64,000 nucleotides of DNA, from positions 15,352 to 79,351 of the forward strand of contig NW_021833925.1 of the NCBI RefSeq assembly GCF_006345805.1, in the 5' to 3' direction. The number at the start of each line of letters is the position of its first letter. Positions within the stretch are counted from its first letter, which is position 1. This document shows, piece after piece, positions 13,678 through 26,258 of this stretch. The notes under the pieces were generated by a model, which was not told where the DNA came from, searched no databases, and worked only from the letters and a program-made list of their open reading frames with translations. The translations under genes and the position numbers were made by a program. Source of the stretch: Octopus sinensis. Its lineage: Eukaryota.

Positions 13678-14221
13678 GTGAGACGCCTAAACATATTTCT
13701 TTGCATTTTTCTTCCACATATATAAACTATGACAATTCGTCACCTTCTTCTTTCCCTTCATGTCTCTCGCTCTCTCGCTTCTTTCGTTATCTGCAGCCCA
13801 CACCCGCTTTGTGTATATATATATGAATGTGTAATATTCTATATATGCAATGATATATGGAATGAAAATTACACAAGGAAGTACGAATATAAATATTAAA
13901 ACTTATTATCAGTTTGATATTGATATTTCTGAAATATTAAATTTCTAAATATCTCATAGAGATATGTACGGTGGTGGGGCTAAACACCACCGCTGTTTAG
14001 CCCTAGGAAGCATCTTCCTAGCGCTAAACAGCGGTGGTGTAATTCCCTTACTGTCACGTTAAGTTGACAGTATACAACCACTATATTGATATTTCTATTT
14101 TTTGTGTATTTCCTTTGTATGCTGTTGCATGTGTATTATTTGGGAAAGCATTTTTCCATTGTACTAAGTATTTTGGGTGTATTGTCAATTCCCACAGGAT
14201 ATATATATATATATATATATA

Positions 14222-14620
14222 TACTAGCAGTATCGCCCGGCGTTGCTCGGGCTTGTAAGGGAAATAACTATATAAGCATTTTTAGAGAGTTATAGCCAAA
14301 AAATAGCAAAAAAATGCATTAAAAATGGAAAAAAGTTATGGTAAATTTTTTTTTAATCGTTGACTCATCGTAGACATTTTTAGAGAGTTACTTCCCTTTT
14401 TTTAATAGCGAAAAAATGCATTAAAATGGAAAAAAAATGATGTTAAATTTTTTTTAAATCGTAGACTCATCGTAGATGCGCGCTAATACCCAGAAGGGCT
14501 CGATATGAATCACGACTATAAGATACCCGGTTTTGGTTAAACTGCATCGCAAAATGTGGGAGTAGTTAGGAATCTAAATCGTAGGAGACAGACACACAAC
14601 CTCTCTTTTATATATAAAGA
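14222..14620 (+). mobile_element. Non-autonomous Helitron/Helentron-type (HINE/Lep1-like) element
   Basis: Starts tactagcagtatcg-cccggcgttgctcggg (CCCG...CGGG sub-terminal hairpin), contains an internal ~105-bp tandem duplication (catttttagagagtta...gactcatcgtaga x2) and ends gacagacacac...ttttatatataaagat. Inserted in (TA)n. Confidence 0.65.
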
Positions 14621-14968
14621 TATATACGTTTGAGTGTGTGTGTTTTAATTGCTTGTATTCATTGAGTTCTATTGTATGCTATGCTACGATGGGGAAATGT
14701 TAAGAGTAATCCATTGAGTTCATATATGTCATATTACCACATAACACATAATGCCACACACAAACGCTGCCATGTGTATATACTAGCTAATATATCTATT
14801 TGTCTGTCTGTTGATCATTCTATTTTTCTTCTATCACTTTTTCTTTTTTTTCTTTTCCTTTCAAATGTTTTGTCTTATAAACAAAGGGAAATGAATCATG
14901 CCTCTACCTAGTGCTTTTGTTTTGTGCTTCCGTTTCAAAAATTATACAAATATACATATACATAACAC

Positions 14969-15035
<67 letters not shown>

Positions 15036-15219
15036 TTCGATAATTAACTTTAAAGCTACTGGCACTTTCATGCGTGAGGCGTTCGTGTGATTGTATGAGT
15101 GTACACATGTCTACACATATTTCTGTGTTTGTGCTTCCTGTCTCATATACAAAATCTCTGTCGAGATCAGCAGCCATCCTTCAGTTTCGATATAATTAAA
15201 TAGCAGAAGCATACAGACA

Positions 15220-15480
15220 TGATCGAGTAGTTAAAACGATTGCTTCGCAATCAAAAGGTTCCGGTTTCGATCCCACATTCTGTCATCTTGGACACCTGTT
15301 ATTTTTGTTTTAAAAATTGGTCTTGGTTCAAATGAAGACTTATCGGTGACACTGAGTCGGCAGAAAACGCGTGGAATGATATAGTTGCATGGGATGTACA
15401 GTAAATCAAATGTCCAGCCTGTTACATATTCTGTCATGCCGATTCAACCTAAGAATTCCGTTAAAGGTTCACATTTCTGC
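15220..15480 (+). mobile_element. Old tRNA-headed SINE remnant
   Basis: gagtagttaaaacgattgcttcgcaatc...ggttccggtttcgatccc (B box) followed by a decayed body (cttggacacc...gtgacactgag...gaaaacgcgtgg). Confidence 0.45.
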
Positions 15481-16427
15481 TAATTGAATTATACTGTAAG
15501 TTATTTAGTTTTTCACCGACACATACACCGTCAAATTACTGAATAACATGTATAAGCGTTACATGAAAGATGTGTGATCGAATCTGTGACGACGATAGTT
15601 GCTATCAAAAGTACCACGTGCCTGTTAATCAGCTAGTTTATTCTTAATTGGTAATTTAAAAACCTGCTGAGATAATTCTCTCACATCAAATATGACTGAC
15701 ATGTATTGCAAAATCAGTAGAATCTTCATTGACTCTGTGACTTAGTTCCAACGGAGTACGTATCTATTACGAGTAGTAAAAGTTTTTTTTACAGTTATGT
15801 TTGTGAAGATTAGCAAATCTCGTTGAAAATCGATAAGAAAAAATATATATAGTGTCTGAATCGTTGCGAAAAAGTTGTGAAGATTACAAAACAAAACAGC
15901 AAATTTTTCAAGGAATAACATGAAAACTCTGTAAGCGTACTTTGACTTAATTATATTCAGTATGACTTCCTTTATTTATGATCCAATCGGTTATCGGAAT
16001 ACTCTGCGAATACTCTGCGAATATCCGAATACTCTGCGCCTGCTATGCTCGGATGCTGAAAACTAATCGTACGAAGTATCAGCTATCGTGGTCATTCAGA
16101 TCGGAAATGATAGAGGGTGAAGCTCCAGCAGTGTTGGTTCAAAAGAACCCAGCTGGATGCCAACGCAAACAATCGTAATAGTATTTGTTGATTTTTCCCA
16201 TGCAAGTCGGCGGCATCCTTAATCTTACAACTCTCTTTTGCATACCCGACAGCTATTCATCCTAAACACCTAATATAGTTACTCGTCTCGATATTAGTTC
16301 GTAGCCACAAATTGGTAAGGGAAATATTTTAATCAATGGAATTTATTTCCGTGAGTGATTTGCTTACTATATTTCAACGACCATAGTTTAAACTTGTCGA
16401 AGGCCGGAAATAAATACTGGAAAAAGG

Positions 16428-16526
<99 letters not shown>

Positions 16527-17000
16527 GAGTGAGAGAGCAGTGCATGCCATCAAAGTGACACAGGAGTAAAATTTACAAAGCCTACAGTACTCATCATGAC
16601 TACCCATCTGATAAGCACATGCATCACAACCATATGTGCGCGACATGGTGATCTCGTATCAAAATAAACAGCACATGACCTTGCAGGTGGGGCCCAGTTA
16701 GAATTTTCTTCAGGTCGAGTAGTCCATCCCGCTCAAAAAGTCCCTGAATAAGGGTTGTTTAAGGATGTTGAACGAAGCACCCATGTTTCCAGCGGGGAAT
16801 TATCCAAACCCCAAAGAATTCCTCTCAACACACGGCTATGATGTTCCCCCACCACTTCTGCTCACGATCAGGGATGCACATATCGTCAGCCACTAAGGGA
16901 CATGCTCAACTGGTTAAGGTGAAGGAACTGACAAGCAAATCTGTGATATTGAGCAGAATATTTGCTGTAGCCCATCTTTTATACCTAGACAAAACAATGT
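16527..17000 (-). mobile_element. Longest copy of the (TAA)n-associated non-coding element
   Basis: 3' end abuts (ATT)n at 16429-16526. It bridges the pieces at 4520 and 4024 into one ~550-bp consensus. Confidence 0.8.
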
Positions 17001-17681
17001 TCTATTATTATATTTCATCTTTCATTGAGGTTGACAATGCCTTTCATCTTTTCGGGATCGATGAAATAAGTACCAGTTGAGCACTGGGGGTGATATATAA
17101 TCGATTGTCCCTCTGCCTCTAAAATACCACTTCTTGTGCATAAAGTAGAAAAGACTATTATTATTTCTCGGTGCTTTAACATTTCTGTCAACTTATCTGA
17201 AATTGCCGGAAGGTAACATGCAAAGTAATATAGATTTCTTTAAAAAAAAAAAGACATCTAAAACTAAATAAAAGAAAACAACAAAACGACAATAATATCA
17301 GCAAACAAAATTTTGCGAAGTCTCTGTAACCAAAATACATAAAATCAAAAGACCAAAAGCAGGTGGTGGTTTGAACAATTTCAGTGGTGTTTTGTAACTA
17401 GAATTTTTACCCCTTTCTTTCGTTCTTTCCATTTTCGGTTTGACACAACTAAATGTTGTTTTAATTGTATTCGACAAATGACATTCTCTGTAAGATGCTT
17501 TTTTTTTTCTACATTTATTTTATTTTATTTTATTTTTTATTGTTTATGTTTCTCGTTTTCTTCTTCTGAGATCGGAAGTTGTTGTAAACTTTTCTCGAAA
17601 ACGAAAACAACATTTCTGTCGTTTTGGAAAAGAAAATTGGTTGGCATACAAAACAAATGCGTTCACACACACACACACACA

Positions 17682-17712
<31 letters not shown>

Positions 17713-18334
17713 TACACACACATATATATAAGCATATATAAGGCCTGTAGTGCTTTACTTTCAAATATCCATAGATGTATTATGCACTTGTACATGTATG
17801 TATTTTGTCATTATTTCTGCTACCTTTTCTGTCTGTCTCTCTGTCTGTCTTATAACATGGATTCTTTATGTGTGCATATGCGTATATATATAATATTTCC
17901 ATATATTTGTTGGTCTAAATACTACATTTTCGCTATAGATATCTAAAGCCTCAATGTTCCCCAAAGAAATACTTATCAACGTGCTAAAAGTTTCATATAA
18001 ATGGAAAGAAGGGGAAATGCAACTCTATTAAATTCAATGAAAAATAGGTAAGAGTTGTGATTTCCTCTATATGTTAGCACTCAGGCAGAATCCTTGGAGT
18101 TTAAGGTAGAGTTCTTAAAATTTATAGTTCTTTACATTTTGAGTTCAGATCCAAACTTTCGTTCTTCTGGCGTTTACAATGTGCCAATCAATTACACAGG
18201 TCGGTCGATTTTAATCGAGTGACCTTCATTCGCAAAATGGCTGGTCTTATACCTGAATAAAAATTTATTTGGGCAATGGATCCTCCGAATCAATAAAATG
18301 TGGGAAGAAATACCTTGTAGTATCTCTTTTTCAG

Positions 18335-18540
18335 TTATTTACGCTGTGAGTTCAAATTTCACGAAGGCCAACTTTTTGCCTTTGTTTTTTTATCCCGCCA
18401 GGATCGATAAAATAGAACATACATCAAGTATTGGTTTCGATGCCGATGTAATCGATCAAACGTTTCCTCACATAATTGCTGGCCTTCTATCTAATTTAGA
18501 AACTACTACTCCGTGTCCAAGATTCTGCCAGCTCGCCGCC

Positions 18541-18541
<1 letters not shown>
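18335..18541. mobile_element. SINE body (+) followed by an inverted SINE head (-)
   Basis: 18335-18500 matches the Nin-like SINE body on +. 18512-18541 is the reverse complement of aaggcggcgagctggcagaatc. Confidence 0.6.
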
Positions 18542-18749
<208 letters not shown>

Positions 18750-19864
18750 ACTGTCGTCCAAGAATTTGGACCTGCGTATCTCCATTTCCAGCGACTTCGA
18801 GGGCCACCACCCAGTGGTGCCGGGCGTCAACGAAGATCCCTCGACTACAACAAGACGACCAAAATTTTTTTTCCAAGGTCTGGGGTCTCCCACCCCTAAG
18901 CCCTAGACCATCACCTAATCACCCTTACCCGTCTTGTTGCTTAACAACAACAACAACAACAGCAACAAAAACTGCTACTGCCACTGCTGCTGCTGCTGAG
19001 CTGCCGCCGCCGCCACCACCACCACCACTTCTACTACTACTTGTATTAGTAGCAGATATAATTTCTTGCTCCTGACATCGTAGTTATCTATCTAATCTTT
19101 CAACATCCATCACACTAAGTTCATTGATTTACACAAACACTCATGTAGTATTCACGGCGCGCTAGTTTGTTTGTTTTCTTCGTTAGTACTTTATTTATTC
19201 ATTCGATAATTATGGCAACGTCGTGGTAGAATAGTTGGAACATCGAGGAAGAAAGATGCCTTGCATATCTTCTGGTTTTTAGATATTCACTTCATTACCT
19301 ACCGAGGTAAAGTTTTTCCCTATCATCCTTGCGGAGGTCGATAAAATATTCACTTTGTACCACCTGTTTAGTACCGGAGATGATTTCGTAGCCTAAACTC
19401 CTTCCCCTTAAAAATTGTTGATCTTGTTGTTTAAATTAGGAACTATTAATTATTCATGAATATTTTTGAGACTAATTAATTTTATATATTTTTGTCAGCG
19501 TTTTTCGTCTTCTGCGCTATTTCGACTGAGGCAAACAGCTATTAAGGAACAAATTTACACTTTGTATTTCGTTTTATTAAAAATGCAAGGATATGTTCTA
19601 CATAAAACCAGATAGCAAATTTGGTGTTCACATGCATAATGTAATGAGTCATGAAATAAGATTTAATATCTTGTGTCATTAAATTAATTTCCAATTCTCA
19701 TCATAAAACGCTGGGATGACTATTAATACGTCATTGTCTGGCAATACTGTTACAAACTATCCTTCGCTGATGAGATCTAATAAAACCAAAACATTTCCAA
19801 GAGTTATCCCTAAACTGCCAAATATTAAATTCACTCCTCTGTTTCGTTGTACATAAAAAAAAAA

Positions 19865-20113
19865 AAATGTGCCCTTTTAAAGCCTAGCCAGGCTCACGGG
19901 CCCGGTTTGCCGGTTTCTATGGCGTATGTGTTCCCCAGCTGGACGGGACGCCAGTCCATCGCAACGTTACTCATTCTTGCCAGCTGAGTGGACTGGAGAA
20001 ACGTGAAATGAAGTGTTTTGCTCAAGAACACAACGCGTCGCCCGGTCCAGGAATCGAAACCACAATCTTACGATCATTATGCTGACACCCTAACCACTAA
20101 TCCACGCGCCTCC
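19865..20113 (-). mobile_element. tRNA-derived SINE (third family), near full length
   Basis: On the minus strand: ggaggcgcgtggattagtggttagggtgtcagc...ggtttcgattcctggaccggg...gttcttgagcaaaacactt...gcgatggactggcgtcccgtccag...aaagggcac, then a T-tail. Confidence 0.8.
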
Positions 20114-20199
20114 ACTTTCGTTGCACGTATTGAGTCTTTGATAAACTTAACTAAATCGAACTTCCTATATTTCAGTTTTTAAAGAATTTAATCGATCAA

Positions 20200-20468
20200 A
20201 TCGATTCTAGTACTTATATTTTAAGCCTCGTGCTTATTCTAATTGTATATTTCGCAGAATCGCTAAGTTACGGGAACGTAAACAAACCAACACCGGTTGT
20301 CTAGCAGTGGTGGGTTGGGCTTATTTCAGTTTCCGTTTGCCAAATCCAGTCCCACGGCTTTGGCCGGCGCAATGCTATAACAGAAGACACTTACCCAAGG
20401 TGCTGCGCAATGGCACTGAACCCGGAACCATGTGGTTGGGAAACAAATTTCTTATCACACAGCCACGG
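20200..20468 (-). mobile_element. Decayed copy of the 5890-family SINE
   Basis: cgctaagttacgggaacgtaaac...ttcagtttccgtttgccaaatcc...agaagacacttacccaagg...gaacccggaaccatgtggttgg. Confidence 0.7.
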
Positions 20469-20701
20469 GTGCAGAATTTATCGTTATCATATTTTTACCT
20501 CCCAATAACGATTGTAATTTGATTAACTGAGAAATGATTAGCCCATTTCGTTTGGTATGTTAAGTTAGCACAACTCTGGATAATAGTTTTGAATAGTTTA
20601 ATCCTGAACTCAAAGTAGGCAGCTTACAAGACGAGTGAAAAAGAAATTTATTGTGAAGGAACTTATAAAGATTTGTATAACGTACTCAAACACACACACA
20701 C

Positions 20702-20739
<38 letters not shown>

Positions 20740-21425
20740 GAGGGAGAGAGAAAGAGAGAAAGAAAGAAAAAAAAGAGAGAGAAAGAGATAATCTAAAGAT
20801 ATATGTAAGATGGAATAAATTCGGCGTCCTAAGGAGATACGAGTTCTGATGTTCCAGAGTTGAGCTTGTACTGGCGAGTAGGCAATTCTTCAATGTACAG
20901 AAAGCAAAGATAGAATATTTACAAAGTATATAGAAAGTATGTGGAAGAATGCATTGAAATAGATTGTTTATAGCTAGTCGAAATACTGTATTGACAGGTT
21001 CTTCGCATTATCTATGTACCGCTCCCCCTCACCTCCACTCTCTCTGCCACTTTTTTCTCTTTATATACACATATGTATTTTCTGTGTGCGTGTGTGTCTA
21101 TGGATCTATAATAGAAGGCAGTTTATGAATCTCAGGAGGAAGATCTTAGTTTATCTCAGCAAGATATGTAAGCACAGAGTGTACACAAAAGGTAGTCGGT
21201 GCTATGACTATGTCTATATGAATTAAACAAACGCGAAGAATAGCCCCTTAAATATACCTGATTTATATGTGTTTGTGTGTAGTATAGATAGGCATATAAA
21301 ACGCACATTACATACATACATACATACTTACATACATACATACATATATATATTTATATATATAATATATACATACAAATATATATATATTATAATATAT
21401 ATATACATATATACTATACATATAT

Positions 21426-21475
<50 letters not shown>

Positions 21476-22582
21476 ATATATACGCGTGTAAACACCAAAC
21501 AACGTGTTTAGTGAGAAATAATGTATATATTCATGTGTATGCACATGAATATACAGACACACACAGACACCACATATGCTGAATATATCTATTATACATA
21601 AAAATATGACGATGTTTGAACAGCGTTAGACATTTTTATTCATCCGTACATGTATGCTAGCGCGTTCATGCATTTTGCGTGTTAAAGGACCGTCCACTGG
21701 GTTTTAATAAAGCTTTAATGGAATATTGCACCGGTATTCCCTGTTCCCCCCAGATTGAGGGAATGTGCTGAATAGAATAACTTATTTAAGGCAACTAAAC
21801 AAGCTCTTGCGTACTAAGAATTTTTCTTCATTTCCCATGCCCCAATAATGTTCGGATAATTTTGAGTATGGTATGGTATATGTAGGCTTACGAATTATAT
21901 GTACAGCGGTTTTGCAAAATGTATGCATGTTTGCATGCATGCATGCGGGTATGTATATGTGGGTGTGCTTTATTATTCACCGATTCTTCCTAACGAAAAC
22001 GAAAGAGCCAGTTTCTAAACGAGAAGCAAAGCTCATTCATCAGAGTTCAAACAGGCAGTCGTGTATGTGTGTATTAAACGTTTACGCATTTCGTATTTAA
22101 AATTTAGCCTCGTATTTGGAAACGATGAATTATCTTCTCCCCAAATCAAACAGCAGAATTAATGTTAATACAAGATCAAGTGAAAGTTGAACGAACCAAA
22201 TTATTCAGAGCGGTTTCTCTCTAAAATATTGGCCGAATGATGACGAATAATGTTAGTCTTCAACCAAATCATTAGATGACGTCAAATATAATTTAAATAT
22301 TTGAAAGCAAAGAAGGCATTATGTAGACTTTCAATTTATGCATAGATAGATAGATTGATAATTATAAACATATATTACATACAAACACACACACACACAC
22401 ACATCGATAGATAGAAAGATACATTGGTATTGATCTTTTTAATAGTAAATAATAAGAAAAGATAAATAATAAACAATAGAACGTGGATAAATTCCGATTG
22501 AAATTCAACGGCAGATGGACAGACTGATAGAATATTATAGATCTATCTAAATAGATAGTTGTCGATAGTGGTTATATATATA

Positions 22583-22627
<45 letters not shown>

Positions 22628-23469
22628 GATAGAGAGAAAGAGACAGAAAGAAAGACAAACAGAGACAGAGAATAAGTAGTGAGATAACAACTTTATTCCG
22701 TGGCCAATGAAGGAAGAAAGACCGAAACGTGGAATAGGGGAATATGAGAAAGCACAATCTCCTTCATCCTCGCTTCCCTCATGTTCTGAATATTAAGCTT
22801 TCCACATTTGTTTGATAATCAGCACAGATCGAACTCTTGATAAACACATGCCGATATTCTGTCTTTGAAAGAGCTATAAAGGAGGAAAGGAACAAAGAAA
22901 AAGAAATCAACAAAAAAATACCTAAAGAAGAAAATGAAAAATTGAAAAAAAAAATGGCTGCTTTCTTCTTCCAAATCCGCTTGTAAACTACAAAGCCACA
23001 ATTTTTTTATGGATCTTTCTATTGTATTTGGCCATGAGGGAATATTTGAGGGACGGGAATACTACCGTGTGGGAGAGTGTACGAGTGGTGATGAAGTGAT
23101 GGGAAAGACAAAAATACAAAAATTATAAATAAATACATAGAAAGAAAACCTAAAAATCAGTCGATCTTCAGTAAATACAATATGGCGGCCAGATTTAGTT
23201 CGTTGTTGTTGTTTTTTAGTTAACAAAGTTGTAACAGTGGTTAGATAGAAATCTATTTCGAGTGTAGAATAAATAATCTCGGCCCCAGAAAACCGTGATT
23301 AACTCAAGACATGGGGTTAAATAAAGAAGAAATACGATTTCAATATAGAGTCTGGTGAATTCTGTTCACTATTCAAAATCTGCTTTTCCTTTAGATATTT
23401 CTCTCCTTCTCTCTCTCCTTCTCTCTCTCGCTCCTTCTCTCTCTCTCTTTCTCTTTCTCTCTCTCTCTC

Positions 23470-23738
23470 CCTTTTAAACATTTTATCTGCCTATGACTCA
23501 AATCCCTCATTTTTACATCTGGCTCCATACTCACTCACTCACTCACTCACTCACTCATTCACTTACTCACTCGCTCACTTACTCACTCTCTCTCTCTCTC
23601 TCTCTCTCAAACTTTTTATCTACCTATCACTCAAATCTCTCACTTTTTTACATTTGGCTCCATACTCATTCACTTACACACTCACTCACTCACTCAATCA
23701 TTCACTTACTCACTCACTCACTCACTCACTCACTCACA

Positions 23739-23771
<33 letters not shown>

Positions 23772-23868
23772 ACATTTTATCTGCCTACGACTCAAATTCC
23801 TCATTTTTACATCTGGCCCCATACTCACTCAATCATTCACTTACTCACTCAATCATTCACTCACTCAC

Positions 23869-23916
<48 letters not shown>

Positions 23917-24190
23917 ACATTTTATCTGCCTATGACTCAAATCCCTCATTTTTACATCTGGCTCCATACTCACTCACTCACTTACTCACTCACTCACTCA
24001 CTCACTCACTCATTCACTTAACTCACTCACTCACTCACTCACTCACTCACTCACTCACTCACTCACTCATTCACTTACTCCTCACTCACTCACTCACTCA
24101 CTCACTCACTCTCTCTCTCTCTCTCTCTCAAACTTTTTATCTACCTATCACTCAAATCTCTCACTTTTTACATTTGGCTCCATACTCTCT
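23470..24190. repeat. Compound minisatellite: five ~60-bp unique cassettes each followed by (CTCA)n/(CT)n
   Basis: Cassette A (ttttaaacattttatctgcctatgactcaaatccctc...) near 23471, 23765 and 23910. Cassette B (ctcaaactttttatctacctatcactcaaatctctc...) near 23605 and 24125. Confidence 0.85.
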
Positions 24191-24432
24191 CTCACCCACC
24201 CTCTCTCTCTCTCTCTCTTAATGATCTTCTCTTTATCTTTCCGCTACTATTCTCAAACATTTCATCTCTATCATTCTAATCCATTCGCATCATTGTTTAT
24301 TCTTCTTTATCCCCCCCCCACACCCCCACCCTTTCTCAGAAATTTTTTTTTATCTCTCTATCATTGTAAACTTCACTCTCTTTCTCCTCTCTCCTGCTCT
24401 CTAGCTTTACATCTCTCGGTTAATCTCTCCTT

Positions 24433-24463
<31 letters not shown>

Positions 24464-24977
24464 ATTTATCTGTCTACCTATCTCTCCCTTCATTTTTATC
24501 TCTTTGTCTCTCAAATCCTCTATCGATCTTTCTTTGCATCATCTCTCTCTCTCTCCATCTCCCTTTCATGAATGTTTTATCTCTCTATCATGGTAATCCT
24601 GCCTCCAATATTTTCCCTATATTTATCTCTTTCTGTATGTTCCTCTCACTCTATCTGTCTGACTGCCTCTCTCTCTCTCTCTCCCTCTCTCTCACAGACA
24701 CACACATTCTCATGCGCACGCACCCTCACACGTTCTCATTTTCTTAAACTCTTTACTTCTCAATCACTCTAATATTTCTCTACCTTACTTCACTTTTACT
24801 ACCATTCAATCAGTTGTATTTACAAATATATTTGTTCTTTCCATATCAGGATACTAGCTTATTATTTCGATTTAAAATTTGTCTAAACATTCACTAAATA
24901 TATATCATATATAGTATATATATATATATATATATATATATCCTCTCGCTCTCTCTATCTATCTATCTATCTATCTT

Positions 24978-25014
<37 letters not shown>

Positions 25015-25444
25015 ATCTCACACATAGCTCACAAATACATTTAGAGCGTTGCACACACACTCACACTCACCATAATTTATGTACATATATATACATATAT
25101 ATACATATATTTCATATATATATGTGTATGCGAGCTATTAAAATAAATTGTACACAAATTAACTTAAAGATTACCGTCTGGGCCTGAGTCTCACTAGACA
25201 TAATATGTCCATATAGTTATGTGTATGTGCATTTATGCATTATATATATTATATATATATATATAATATATATTATTATATATATATATATCATTTTACT
25301 TTATTCTATTAGTTTTATTGGTTGCACTACTGCCATGCTGGAGCACAATTTTCATACGCATAAGTTGATTGTAATAAACCTTGTGAATATTTTAGTACAA
25401 TTTAGCGGATCGTTAAAACACAGGACAAAAATATACGTGTGTGT

Positions 25445-25510
<66 letters not shown>

Positions 25511-25856
25511 TGTGTGAGTGTGTGTGTTTATATATATATAAACTTATGGTGAGATTCCAGATACTTTCAAGCATAAAGTATCGGTTAGTCCCAGGGTAGA
25601 TCGGAAATCATTTGGATATGTTACCGCGATGAAGGATCGAAGTTAATACCATCTAGTAGTGAAGCTACGTTGTTACGTCTGGTGTTATACATGCACGCAA
25701 ATTATGAACGTCTCTGTACTTCTGCTTCATAAATTTCTCGCATTTTATACACCCACTTACATATATGTAGATGTACCCTCAGTACACACACATATGTGTA
25801 TACACTTACATGCATGCCTATATCGGACTACCATTCGTATTCGTGTGTGTTCGTAT

Positions 25857-25909
<53 letters not shown>

Positions 25910-26046
25910 TATATATATATATATATACTATATATTATTATATATATATACATATATATATTTTTTATTTATATATATTATATAATATATATATATATAT
26001 ATACATATATATATGTTTTTTATATTATATATATATATATATATAT

Positions 26047-26150
26047 TGGCCTGCTCGCTTAGCCAGCGGGGTGGCGTCATTTGAAGGCTAAAACAATGCG
26101 AAGCGCATTGTGACCATCGATGTGTAGCAACATCTGATAGCCTGGTCGGT

Positions 26151-26158
<8 letters not shown>
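26047..26158 (+). mobile_element. 5'-truncated SINE tail (cacgtgat family) in (TA)n
   Basis: ggcctgctcgcttagccagcggggtggcgtcatttgaaggctaaaacaatgcg...ggtcggtcacgtgat, matching the 3' third of the 5153 SINE. Confidence 0.8.
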
Positions 26159-26189
<31 letters not shown>

Positions 26190-26193
26190 CACC

Positions 26194-26258
<65 letters not shown>

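Noticed and set aside
13341-13826. 161-aa ORF as a complete protein
   Set aside because: Only 13497-13677 is homeobox exon; the flanks are intronic repeats read in frame.
16840-16910. Hammerhead in the (TAA)n-associated element (minus: CTGACGA...GAAG)
   Set aside because: GAAG instead of GAAA and no convincing stem II or stem III.
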